Origin: Minisyncoccota bacterium
GTDB taxonomy: Bacteria > Patescibacteriota > Minisyncoccia > Phycocordibacterales > UBA5272
Length of the DNA: 64,000 bases
Assembly: GCA_041651055.1 (NCBI GenBank)
Contig: JBAZJW010000002.1
Location: 90,980 to 154,979, forward strand
Reading direction: 5' to 3'
A program made the translations under genes and the position numbers. A model generated the notes under the pieces. It was not told where the DNA came from. It worked only from the letters and a program-made list of their open reading frames with translations, and ran no database searches. This document shows positions 50,716 through 59,748 of the stretch, piece after piece (within the stretch, counting starts at the first letter, position 1; every line of letters starts with the position of its first letter).

Positions 50716-50933
50716 ATCTTGAACTTTCCATTCACACACTTGGCCCTGATCTTGATTGTGTCTTTGTAGATCTCAACCAGCTTATTGATTAGCTCCGTGG
50801 CTTGTGCTTCGGTGTCAAAGCTACCAGGCAGGATGCAGATTCTGTCAGTTTCTGATGCTGGTGCAGAAGCCTGCACTTCGATTTCGATGTATTTACCTGT
50901 AGCTGGGTCGAAGGCTTTGATGAACCTGTTCAC
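50688..50933 (-). CDS. hypothetical early protein; 3' end abuts/overlaps the IS right end
   Basis: GTG start 7 nt after the -10 of the promoter copy (near-leaderless). Confidence 0.3.
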   Translation of the reverse strand: MNRFIKAFDPATGKYIEIEVQASAPASETDRICILPGSFDTEAQATELINKLVEIYKDTIKIRAKCVNGKFKIVCSWLLRA

Positions 50934-50939
50934 AAGTCC

Positions 50940-50968
50940 ATTATACCACAGCTATAATACGCTGTCAA
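50940..50968 (-). promoter_or_regulatory. promoter cassette copy (TTGACA-N17-TATAAT) with 18-bp palindromic operator-like site
   Basis: -10 RC at 50940-50945, -35 RC at 50963-50968; perfect palindrome GTATGGTCATGACCATAC at 50990-51007. Confidence 0.65.
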
Positions 50969-51017
50969 GTATTTCAAACAAACGACGACGTATGGTCATG
51001 ACCATACGTCTGGTAGA

Positions 51018-53369
51018 TTATACTGGTTCTAGTACATCTATCTTTTTGAAATCTGGTGGCAGGCACCCAAGTCTGTACATGATTGGTCGCAGTCTGTTTC
51101 CGATTTCCTTATGCAGTTTCTCAATGTCTTTCAGTAACACCCTATACTGTTCTAGCTCCTCTTCTGAGCTGTTTCCAATCCATTTACGTACTTGGTACCA
51201 TCCGGCATCATCCCTTGTAAGTTGCAATCTATACGGTGCTGTGTTTCGGTATCCTATTGTCTCTGTTACCAGTCTTGTGGCCGAATCGATTAGCAGCCTC
51301 ACATCACTACTAAAAAGGTGTTTATGGCTTTCAACCCACTTCGACACAAATGACTGATTGGTGCCAGTATTCACCCAAAAGAATTCGTTTTTGATGTCGT
51401 AGGAGTTACCATTGTATTGCACACCTCCAAGTGACGAAGACTGATTGGAATTATGAAACAGTGACCAGATCACCGCGTCTACTGCAAACTGTCTATACTC
51501 AGGGTGTGTGGTGTCTGGGGTGTTATACTGGTCTTTGTTATTTAGCCACCTTCCCTTCGTCAGTCTTCTGATAGTAAACACTGTCATAGACTGCTCAAAG
51601 TTTTCTGGAGTAATAGACCATCCATTACTATTTGCATATGGTCCAGACAGTATTTCAGTAAAGTCCCTGTGCTGTACTTCGTTAGCATTAGCCAAAAGAT
51701 ACCCAATGGCATCTTCAGACAATCTATTAAGTCTACCTTTTTCCACCACGTTCAGTGCACTTTTCATTGGTGGTCTAACTACCGTGTTCTTAGGTCTATT
51801 AATCCACTTATTCAACGGATCCTTAGCAGGACCAAAACCCTTAGTACCTGTCTTTACCAATGCCCCGTTTTTGTCCCTTTCTAACACATCCAACTCAACT
51901 ATATCAATGTTGATAGTGTTTGAATTTTTTCCTTTTACCCACACAGTAAACAATACTGGCCAGTTGTTGGCAATATCGCTGAACTCTGTTGTCTGGAAAC
52001 CAGAGCCTTTTACAAACTTCCAGTTACTGAACCAAAATTTTCTGAATGACTCATAGTTTTGCCCAACCAGGAAAGATGCTGGTGTGAAGATGCCCAATAC
52101 TGTTCCCTCAGGCATGAGTTCGGTGAGCCTAAACATAAATTGTGGGTATAGATTATTGCAAGTGATCTTTTGATCCTGCATTCTTTCCTGTGTTTTTGTT
52201 CCAGTTACCCCTTTGATGGTGTGTCCGCGTCCGCTGGTATCACCAGCCCACGGCGGATTAATCAACACCGCCCAATTGTGATCATTAGTTAATAGTTCAT
52301 GGATGCCTTTTGGAATATCATCATTCAAAAAGTCTAACTGGAAAATCCTTGCCTTGACCCCGTGTTGAATCATGTTTTCTACATCATATGACATTAGCGT
52401 AGATGCAAAAATTTTGCCTGGTGGGGTTCTGCAGTTCTTTACTAAATTACCTGTTCCAGCACAGCAATCCCAGAAATATATACTATCATAATCCAGGGCT
52501 GCTTTCTGTAAGTATGAGTGAGCCATCAAACACATATCAGGGGGCGTATTTACTTCTCCTGTGTTTCTGCGATCAGAAAGTTCGATTAGTGTATCCTTAT
52601 ATGGCATTATGTTGGAAAGATCTTCTGTGGTGATTCTCTTGTAAACACTCCAGAAGTCATTGTACTCTTTGATGTCTTCAATTACTCCTTCGATTGACAT
52701 CGTTTCGCCATTCCAGGAGATTCTTCCATCCTTGCGGAGTTCATACTTGTTTTGTAGATCAAGAAAAAATGCGGATACCAGAATTTGACTGATTAGATCC
52801 TTGCTTCCGAGCACCGTTTTCTTGATCCTGCTGTTCCATTGTCTGTATACATCGCACACGTTCTCTGCATTTACCGTCCTGGTAATTGCGGAATTATCCT
52901 CCTGAAAATACGCTTTCATGAAACAAGATGCTTCGTACTCATCTGTCATACTGTAGATGTGTGGAGTGCTGATCAGTTCTTCTACTGCATCAATGATATC
53001 TTGACTTGGGTTGCTTGGTACGCTCCAATCCTTTGAGTCATCCTGGATTAGTTGTTCAAATGGCTTTGTTGAGACAATGAATGCTTCATTTTTGTCCGCA
53101 ATTGACACCTTCTTTGGTACACTGAGTGTGCAGTCCTTGTAAATAGATCTTACATAGTGCAATACTTGTGCTGTGCACCTAGACCACTGTTTCTTCATGT
53201 TGTAGTCGAACTTGAATTCAAATATCACACCACGTACATCATCCACCCCATCGCAATTGTGTACTCTATGCAACATATCAACATTAAGCCATTGGACATA
53301 GCAGTCAGTTACTTCTGATTCAGTCTTGGTATTGAGTAATGATTTCACGAACTTTATGGTTGATCCCAT
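51018..53369 (-). CDS. MmeI-family-like gamma-class N6-adenine DNA methyltransferase (Type IIL RM / BREX PglX-like), 783 aa
   Basis: Motif X GEVNTPPD, motif I FWDCCAGTGNLV, motif IV LINPPW; N-terminal VDDVRGVIFEFK resembles the MmeI PD-ExK module; about 350-aa C-terminal target-recognition region. Confidence 0.65.
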   Translation of the reverse strand: MGSTIKFVKSLLNTKTESEVTDCYVQWLNVDMLHRVHNCDGVDDVRGVIFEFKFDYNMKKQWSRCTAQVLHYVRSIYKDCTLSVPKKVSIADKNEAFIVSTKPFEQLIQDDSKDWSVPSNPSQDIIDAVEELISTPHIYSMTDEYEASCFMKAYFQEDNSAITRTVNAENVCDVYRQWNSRIKKTVLGSKDLISQILVSAFFLDLQNKYELRKDGRISWNGETMSIEGVIEDIKEYNDFWSVYKRITTEDLSNIMPYKDTLIELSDRRNTGEVNTPPDMCLMAHSYLQKAALDYDSIYFWDCCAGTGNLVKNCRTPPGKIFASTLMSYDVENMIQHGVKARIFQLDFLNDDIPKGIHELLTNDHNWAVLINPPWAGDTSGRGHTIKGVTGTKTQERMQDQKITCNNLYPQFMFRLTELMPEGTVLGIFTPASFLVGQNYESFRKFWFSNWKFVKGSGFQTTEFSDIANNWPVLFTVWVKGKNSNTINIDIVELDVLERDKNGALVKTGTKGFGPAKDPLNKWINRPKNTVVRPPMKSALNVVEKGRLNRLSEDAIGYLLANANEVQHRDFTEILSGPYANSNGWSITPENFEQSMTVFTIRRLTKGRWLNNKDQYNTPDTTHPEYRQFAVDAVIWSLFHNSNQSSSLGGVQYNGNSYDIKNEFFWVNTGTNQSFVSKWVESHKHLFSSDVRLLIDSATRLVTETIGYRNTAPYRLQLTRDDAGWYQVRKWIGNSSEEELEQYRVLLKDIEKLHKEIGNRLRPIMYRLGCLPPDFKKIDVLEPV

Positions 53370-53401
53370 CTTTAACCTCTTATACAGGTAATCACAAACG
53401 T

Positions 53402-53668
53402 TTATTGAACCTTCAATCTCTGTCTAATGTACTTGTTTCTCAGAAGAAAATTTTTCCTGTGTGCCTCTTTCAATTCAAGATCGTATTTTAACCTCTTTTG
53501 AGGGTTTGTAAGAATTGAATATGCTTTATTCAGCAAAGCCATCTTCTTGACATCACCTGTTTCTTTGTTGTCGGGGTGATAATGCTTGGCAAGAGCAAAA
53601 TAAGATTGTTTGATGTCTTCAATCCTACAATCCTCAGTGACGCAAAGGATTATGTAATAGTTGATCAC
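53402..53668 (-). CDS. DnaJ (J-domain) protein
   Basis: YFALAKHYHPDNKETGDVKKMALLNKAYSILTNPQKRLKYD has the HPD motif and J-domain helix pattern. Confidence 0.75.
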   Translation of the reverse strand: MINYYIILCVTEDCRIEDIKQSYFALAKHYHPDNKETGDVKKMALLNKAYSILTNPQKRLKYDLELKEAHRKNFLLRNKYIRQRLKVQ

Positions 53669-53674
53669 ACCTTA

Positions 53675-53704
53675 ATTTTACTACGACTGTAATAATTTTG
53701 TCAA
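53675..53704 (-). promoter_or_regulatory. promoter cassette copy (TTGACA-N18-TAAAAT)
   Basis: RC reads TTGACAAAATTATTACAGTCGTAGTAAAAT; upstream ACCATA(T/C) repeats conserved. Confidence 0.5.
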
Positions 53705-54078
53705 GTATTTTCTGTGTATGGTCATATATGGTAAATGTGAAAGGAAGGAACACCCCAACCTCGTTAATTATTATCTACATGCTTTTCGGATAGCCTGAAG
53801 TGTTTGGTCCAGCTTTTATGGGCTGATCGGTGGCATTGTGCTCGATGATATTAAGAGTGAGTATTATTGGAATCTTCCGTAGTGTTGGGGACACCAATTT
53901 CCATAACAGTAAACTCTTCGTACCCTTCAGATTGATTTAATAGATGAGCAACTTCAAGTGCCTCACCTCGCGAATTAAATTTTTTAGCCTTGGTGGGGTT
54001 GTTCGTCAAGCAGTTTCGCCACGGCTCATTTGGATCCCACCTGTTGTTACTATACGTCTAATTACTTGTCCTGTTGAT

Positions 54079-54618
54079 TTAGTCTTCACGATCGGGCTCT
54101 GTATCTGTTTCAGGCACTTCAGATTCTAAATTTTTCACTGCTTCTGCAAAATTCTCAAGATCCTTCATGTACAGTCCATGTCGTTCAATCACGGAGCAGA
54201 ATTCTTGCACATCGTGTTCTATGATAGTGTATTTTGTGTCACCATCTTCAGACTCATCATCTGTTTGAACTAACATATGCGACAGCTCATGGTCGATTAC
54301 TGCCAATTTTTGAGCATCTGTTAGTGTCTGCCACACGGGATACGACACAATCAACAAGAAGTCAAAACCTTCAACGTCCACGTCACTCATACCGTTGTTG
54401 TACTTAGCGAGTGCGTTTTCTTTAGGTGAGCACTTCCCGGCAGTAGCTATTACAATCTTCCCGCCTTTCTTTATTTCTTTATTCTTGAATAGATAAGCGA
54501 TTCTGGCATTTACTAAGTGGGTGTGAAACTTTGGAATCAGTCTTTTTGCTATTTCTGCTACAGTATCAGCACGATCAAATTGCAGCGGAACATTTTTCAC
54601 TTGCTTATTATCAGGCAT
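54079..54618 (-). CDS. HExxH zinc metallopeptidase-like protein (ImmA/IrrE- or SprT-like)
   Basis: VIDHELSHMLV; GGAGG RBS; first gene of the leftward block. Confidence 0.45.
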   Translation of the reverse strand: MPDNKQVKNVPLQFDRADTVAEIAKRLIPKFHTHLVNARIAYLFKNKEIKKGGKIVIATAGKCSPKENALAKYNNGMSDVDVEGFDFLLIVSYPVWQTLTDAQKLAVIDHELSHMLVQTDDESEDGDTKYTIIEHDVQEFCSVIERHGLYMKDLENFAEAVKNLESEVPETDTEPDRED

Positions 54619-54639
54619 GCAGAACCTCCAGTTTTGCAG

Positions 54640-54668
54640 AAGTTACCGTGTTTTCATTTGTTGGTCAA
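54640..54668 (-). promoter_or_regulatory. candidate promoter TTGACC-N17-TAACTT
   Basis: RC reads CATTGACCAACAAATGAAAACACGGTAACTT then CTGGAGG ATG. Confidence 0.3.
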
Positions 54669-54689
54669 TGTTCATAAAATATACTTCAT

Positions 54690-54850
54690 TTACTGATCGG
54701 TAAAACGGCCACCAGTGACACTGGTGAGAGGTGACCTCTTACAGGTACAGGTTGCCTAGGTCACCAGGTAACCCGCATCTGGTGCAGGTAGAGGTCGCCA
54801 GGTCACCTATGTGAGGTTGCCTAGGTGCCTAGGTACGGTCGCCAGGCGAC
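54690..54850. repeat. iteron-like short repeats and palindromes in divergent intergenic region
   Basis: CCTAGGT x3, CCAGGT x3, CAGGTA x3, GGTCACC/GGTGACC, GGTCGCCAGGCGACC, CACCAGTGACACTGGTG. Confidence 0.5.
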
Positions 54851-54978
54851 CTAAAACTTTTTTAAAAACAAAGATCGAAGAAAGATCCGGAAAAAATGAA
54901 GGAAAAAGGGGTTTGGGGGAGAGGGGAACAACGATGCATGACGCATAAACCCAAGACTAAACTGTATACTGTGTGGCG

Positions 54979-55022
54979 GCATTCGCCGCCACGTGGTGAC
55001 TGCGAAGCGCAGTCACCACCCC
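54979..55022. other. two adjacent perfect GC-rich hairpins
   Basis: GGCGGC-ATTC-GCCGCC and GTGGTGACTGCG-AA-GCGCAGTCACCAC (12-bp stem). Confidence 0.5.
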
Positions 55023-55089
55023 CACATCTATAGAAATACTTTACCCTGAAAGGAAAGGAAGTACGGCACTCGAAACATGGAGGAATAAC

Positions 55090-56070
55090 TTGCCTAATAA
55101 AGAAGAAAAACAACACATAGTAATTTATACACAGGGTGGATCGGGAGATATAATTGCTTCTACTCCTATGTTGCGTTGCATACATAGGGATTACCCAAAT
55201 CAAGAGTTGGTTGTGGTAACTACATATCCTGTTATCCTAAAAGATAATCCTAATATCAGCAAGGTATTTCCATTCAATGAGGGAATGAATGTTTATTCAG
55301 AATATAAAGATACCGCTGTTATGTTCAAGAAGAGATTTGCTTATGATTATTTTAGAGACGAACACAGAGCAAAAAGCAAGAACATACTTGATTTTATTTG
55401 CAATGTGTATGATACTAAGTGGGATGGTGATCCTCCTGAGGTGTTTTTAACAAAACATGAGCGTGAGTTTGGTCAATACTTTATGAGTCAATTCAAGAAA
55501 CCTGTAATACTGATACATGCGTTTGGTGCTGTCCCCTCTGAGGGTCAATCTAGAAAAATACACGCTCACAAAGATATGCGGATGGATTTGATCTCTGAAT
55601 TGGTTAGAAAATACAGTAAGCATTTTGAGTTCGTGCAAATTGGATTAGCTGGTGAACAGCTTGTTGAGGGTGCGTTTGATGCTCTTGGTATGCAGATGCG
55701 TGAGACTTTTGCGATCATTGACCTGTGTAAAACGTTCGTGTTCATAGAAAGTTTGTTTGCACATTATTCTGCGTGCATTAACAAGACTGGTGTAGTGTTG
55801 TTCAATAATACTGATCCAAGATTCTTTGGACATCCACACAACATTAATATCAATGCACCGCAAAGCTTGTGTGATGAGTGGCCTTGCAATCGACCGGTTG
55901 GTGCTTTGTTGGATCTGGAGCCTGGATACTTAAACCCCAAAACCCGTGAACGCAATTTGTGGACATGTAAGAGAGATATAGTATGCAATCAGATACCGTA
56001 TGCTACTCTTGAGTCTGCGTTTCTGCGCGCTATAGAAAAGAACACCGAAAAAGACGAAAAGAGTGCATAG
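55090..56070 (+). CDS. GT9-like glycosyltransferase (heptosyltransferase-like)
   Basis: TTG start after GGAGG; IVIYTQGGSGDIIASTPMLRCIHRDYPNQELVVVT resembles the GT9 N-terminus. Confidence 0.5.
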   Translation: MPNKEEKQHIVIYTQGGSGDIIASTPMLRCIHRDYPNQELVVVTTYPVILKDNPNISKVFPFNEGMNVYSEYKDTAVMFKKRFAYDYFRDEHRAKSKNILDFICNVYDTKWDGDPPEVFLTKHEREFGQYFMSQFKKPVILIHAFGAVPSEGQSRKIHAHKDMRMDLISELVRKYSKHFEFVQIGLAGEQLVEGAFDALGMQMRETFAIIDLCKTFVFIESLFAHYSACINKTGVVLFNNTDPRFFGHPHNININAPQSLCDEWPCNRPVGALLDLEPGYLNPKTRERNLWTCKRDIVCNQIPYATLESAFLRAIEKNTEKDEKSA

Positions 56071-57153
56071 ATGGAAAATCGCCCATATCAATTCCTGACT
56101 GAAGACAAGAATGAAGCCAAGACAAAGATCATAGCCTACAAGGCTGATAGTGGTGCGTGTTGGTTTTATAGGTTGCATAGTCCGTTGAGTGCTCTTACTA
56201 GAAACAACAAGTCATTTCTGATTTCTGTATATCCGTATATGCATGAATCTCACATGCTAAAGAAAAACACCGATTTGGCTATATTTCAACGTCAATATTC
56301 TGCACAGGTGTTGCAATATGCCATGCAGATGAAGAAAGATGGCATAAAAATAGTTTATGAAACTGACGATGACCTGTTTCATATACCTGATTGGAATCCA
56401 GCACATCACACCTACGCAAAAAGACAAACTCAAGACGTGATCAGAAAGTTTTTGGAAATAGCAGACGCTGTTTTTACCACCACACAGCCGCTAGCTGAGG
56501 AACTTTTGCAGTATAATGATAATGTGTACATACTTCCAAATTCAATAGATTTTAGACTGATTACCGAGAGTCCGCACAATTCAATCAAGAAAGTGGCGGT
56601 GTGGCAAGGATCCGCTACTCATAAAAATGATTTAAAATTGATTACTCCAGCCATAAAGAGGCTGTGTTCTGAAGATAAGTACATGGTGAAACTGATGTAT
56701 GCTAAAATAGAGGGAGCTTATTCTGTTCCGCCTGTTGAACTGCAGGCATTTTACCAGATGATGAGCCAATTGGACGGTACTGTTGGTTTTGCACCAATAA
56801 TAGCAAACAAATTTAACGTGTGTAAATCTAATCTAAAGTTTCTTGAATATGCTGCACAAAAGATAATTACCGTAGCATCTGATGTACACCCATATTCAAC
56901 TTCTATAGTTGATGGTGAAACCGGATTTATAGTAAAGGATAATAAGGAATGGTACGACAAGGCAGTGTGTGTTCTGGAGAACGAGGAACTTATTGAAAAA
57001 GTTACCTCTGCCGCATATGAGTACGTGAAGGATAATTTTGATATAGATGATACATATAAGTATTGGGAGACAGCAATAACAGAAGTTCTGGAAGGAAAAG
57101 ACGCAGATAACCAGGAGAATGAAGATGACAGGTCTGTCGCTAGTATTGATTAA
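56071..57153 (+). CDS. GT1/GT4-like glycosyltransferase
   Basis: DAVFTTTQPLAEELL...VYILPNSIDF pattern. Confidence 0.4.
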   Translation: MENRPYQFLTEDKNEAKTKIIAYKADSGACWFYRLHSPLSALTRNNKSFLISVYPYMHESHMLKKNTDLAIFQRQYSAQVLQYAMQMKKDGIKIVYETDDDLFHIPDWNPAHHTYAKRQTQDVIRKFLEIADAVFTTTQPLAEELLQYNDNVYILPNSIDFRLITESPHNSIKKVAVWQGSATHKNDLKLITPAIKRLCSEDKYMVKLMYAKIEGAYSVPPVELQAFYQMMSQLDGTVGFAPIIANKFNVCKSNLKFLEYAAQKIITVASDVHPYSTSIVDGETGFIVKDNKEWYDKAVCVLENEELIEKVTSAAYEYVKDNFDIDDTYKYWETAITEVLEGKDADNQENEDDRSVASID

Positions 57154-57607
57154 TGGAAGCTTTGTTGGCGCGGTGTCTGATAAAGAATTTTCAGAGTGGG
57201 TTGATGGTACAAAAAATCGCCTGTTGATGTATTTTCCGAAAATGCTGCAAATACAGCCTGTTATGGAAAATGAACAGATGGCTGGCTTTAAGACCATGGT
57301 TTTGCCCATGCATTTGTTGAAGGTTAAACAGGAATTTTTGATGGTGAGTCCTACTACAATAGAAGTGTTGTGTGTAATAAATAAAGATCAAGATGAGGCG
57401 GAACAAGATATAAACAACTTATCACAAAAAGACATACGCGATTTTATTTTAGAACATCTGCATGCATTCAGTACCATGCCGCAAATTGAGCTGTTTGGCT
57501 TGTGGACCAACGCTATTAACATGTGGCGCGCTGAGTTGGCTGGTATAGCTGTTCCGTCTGGTCCTGTTCCGAGACCTAGGAACATTTCAAGATTGAAATT
57601 GAAGTAG
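57119..57607 (+). CDS. hypothetical protein
   Basis: 162-aa ORF. Confidence 0.3.
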   Translation: MKMTGLSLVLINGSFVGAVSDKEFSEWVDGTKNRLLMYFPKMLQIQPVMENEQMAGFKTMVLPMHLLKVKQEFLMVSPTTIEVLCVINKDQDEAEQDINNLSQKDIRDFILEHLHAFSTMPQIELFGLWTNAINMWRAELAGIAVPSGPVPRPRNISRLKLK

Positions 57608-57614
57608 GTGGTGC

Positions 57615-57950
57615 ATGGCAGACAAAAGACAGCTTTGTAAAATCGGAAAAAATGCAGAAATTGTGTTTGATGGTAAGTGCTTTACTCTTAGATTTCTAGA
57701 AGGAGGATCTGTGGTTGATGAGTTTAATTTTAGCTGGATAGCAGATGCATTGCGTGCGTATGTATTGTACTCATTAAACAAGGTTGCTAGAATAGAGCCT
57801 TCTGTGTCGGGGCTTGTAAAGAAAGTGGATAATTTATCGGCATTAATTAGTTCTGTGGGGTGTGTTCTTGGGGATGAATGGAGGAAATTTGTTAACGATC
57901 CTGTAGAAAAAGTAATAGAAGAAGAGGATACTAGAAATGAAGACGAATGA
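57615..57950 (+). CDS. hypothetical protein
   Basis: 111-aa ORF. Confidence 0.3.
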   Translation: MADKRQLCKIGKNAEIVFDGKCFTLRFLEGGSVVDEFNFSWIADALRAYVLYSLNKVARIEPSVSGLVKKVDNLSALISSVGCVLGDEWRKFVNDPVEKVIEEEDTRNEDE

Positions 57951-58518
57951 GAATGTAATAATACTTACTAAAGCGTATATAATAGAACTATTTGATAGCA
58001 TGTTTTTTAGTAATAGGATAAATTGGGGAGGGATAGACTTATTCAACACCCTTCCGATTATAAATTCAGAAAAAAACGGTGAAGAAGGTATTGAACAAAG
58101 ATTTGCTTTTATGGTGCATGAATCTGCTCCAATGGCACTCAAACTACTAATCACTGCGTCTGTAGGAAAAGAAATACACAAGGTGTGCTACAGAGTAAAA
58201 ACGGTCAATAAACAAATTGAAATAGATGACAGAAAAATGAAAATTCCGGTGGCTATGATTGACTGTTCTATAGCAAACTTGTCACTGGGGTTCAAAGATC
58301 CATCAGCACTCATTTTTAATATAAATACGGAGACTTCTGATGCTGCGGAAGGTTCTGTTGTGTGGAATCTAATGAAGTTTATAACAAATTCCTACATGGT
58401 GTCTCATGAATTAGATAATGATGACAAAAATTTGTTCGATGAAGTGGTATTAGACTTGAAGAGTCTGCCTCCTGTACCTGGTGATGAACACTACAGACAA
58501 GTGTACGCCATATCATGA
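57937..58518 (+). CDS. hypothetical protein
   Basis: 193-aa ORF. Confidence 0.3.
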   Translation: MKTNENVIILTKAYIIELFDSMFFSNRINWGGIDLFNTLPIINSEKNGEEGIEQRFAFMVHESAPMALKLLITASVGKEIHKVCYRVKTVNKQIEIDDRKMKIPVAMIDCSIANLSLGFKDPSALIFNINTETSDAAEGSVVWNLMKFITNSYMVSHELDNDDKNLFDEVVLDLKSLPPVPGDEHYRQVYAIS

Positions 58519-59057
58519 AGAGGTTGTTTGTAGATCCAGGCAGTGTGTCTGGGTATGCTTGTTATAACAACGGCAATTTGTGTGAACACGGTTATTGTAA
58601 TTGTAAGGTGTATGATAAGGAGTGCGTTGACTACGTAAAATCAATCATTGAACTTACAAAACCAGAAGAAGTATATATTGAGCGACAGTTCCTGCCTGAA
58701 CCAAAAAAAGAGAACGGAAAAGTAACAGGCAGAACACTTGGTATATTCACACTGGTTTTGAATAGGTCTGTGTGGGATGTGTTATCTACACTTATTATTG
58801 GCAGTGATGCTGTTAAAGAAGTGAATGTTGCTAAGTGGCAATCACATTTTGGGCTAAAAGTGGACAAATCTATTAAGAGCAAATACTCCAGAAAGAAGAA
58901 GCTGAAGCAAGATATGATTTGCAAGGTGAAAGAGCTGTTTGGTATTGAAGTGTGTGAAAATGAGGCAGATGCTGTACTAATAGGTAAGTATATAACCGAC
59001 AAAGAGAGCAGCGATGTCACTGGACCTGACAGCACTAATAGCGGTAAAGGATCGTGA
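58515..59057 (+). CDS. RuvC-like Holliday junction resolvase
   Basis: LFVDPGSVSGYACY (GIDPGsrvtGYgvi), EEVYIERQF (catalytic Glu), ENEADAVLIGKY (D-x-ADAlAiA). Confidence 0.65.
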   Translation: MKRLFVDPGSVSGYACYNNGNLCEHGYCNCKVYDKECVDYVKSIIELTKPEEVYIERQFLPEPKKENGKVTGRTLGIFTLVLNRSVWDVLSTLIIGSDAVKEVNVAKWQSHFGLKVDKSIKSKYSRKKKLKQDMICKVKELFGIEVCENEADAVLIGKYITDKESSDVTGPDSTNSGKGS

Positions 59058-59748
59058 GTTCAACATAAATTACTGTTTGTCGTCGATAGATAAGTGCAAT
59101 CCGAAACCGAAGTGTATTTTAGTTGATTTTGGTAGCAAGATACCTTTGTCCGGGAGATTCAACTATGACTGGTTGCAAGTGATTAGGGTTACTCGCAATA
59201 CTAGCCTGTTTCATAAAGCAAGAGCACTGAACATAGGACTGAAGAAAACCACTACCAAATATGTGTGTGCTACGGACGCTGATCAGGTCTTTAACCCATC
59301 ATTTTTTGGTGTGGTGCATGATTTGCTCATGAAGAACCCAAAAGCGTTCGTGATGTGTTATACATATTTTTTGTATAAAGCTCCAAATTTTAAGCCGCAT
59401 GAACTCAATTATCACGCGCTACTAAAACAAGTGCGTGCATCAAAATCCAAATTGAGTGGAGATGGATGTTGTAATGGTATAAACAAAGATTTTTTGATGA
59501 GTGTGCATGGATGGGATGAAAGATACATTGGGTATGGTGCAGAAGACAGTGATATGAATCTTCGTGCGCGGTTACGCGGGTATAACATAGTATGGGCACA
59601 TAAATATACTAATATGATTCATTTACCTCATAGCAGAAGTACGCCATATCACTCAGCTTCATATTTATCTGCAAATAGAAAGATGTATTATACAAGAAGA
59701 AGAATCAAAGACGTGGTTGTAAATCCCAGGAATTGGGGTGAGATTTAG
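59014..59748 (+). CDS. GT2-like glycosyltransferase
   Basis: ARALNIGLKKTTTKYVCATDADQVF (DxD). Confidence 0.5.
   Translation: MSLDLTALIAVKDREFNINYCLSSIDKCNPKPKCILVDFGSKIPLSGRFNYDWLQVIRVTRNTSLFHKARALNIGLKKTTTKYVCATDADQVFNPSFFGVVHDLLMKNPKAFVMCYTYFLYKAPNFKPHELNYHALLKQVRASKSKLSGDGCCNGINKDFLMSVHGWDERYIGYGAEDSDMNLRARLRGYNIVWAHKYTNMIHLPHSRSTPYHSASYLSANRKMYYTRRRIKDVVVNPRNWGEI

Noticed and set aside
54690-54850. Possible CRISPR array
   Set aside because: The repeats are 6-7 bp, irregularly spaced and partly palindromic; there are no 25-40 bp direct repeats with unique spacers.
54862-55203. 113-aa minus-strand ORF in the divergent intergenic region
   Set aside because: It spans the GC hairpins and repeat region, has odd composition, and overlaps the RBS and start of the GT9-like gene; probably non-coding.
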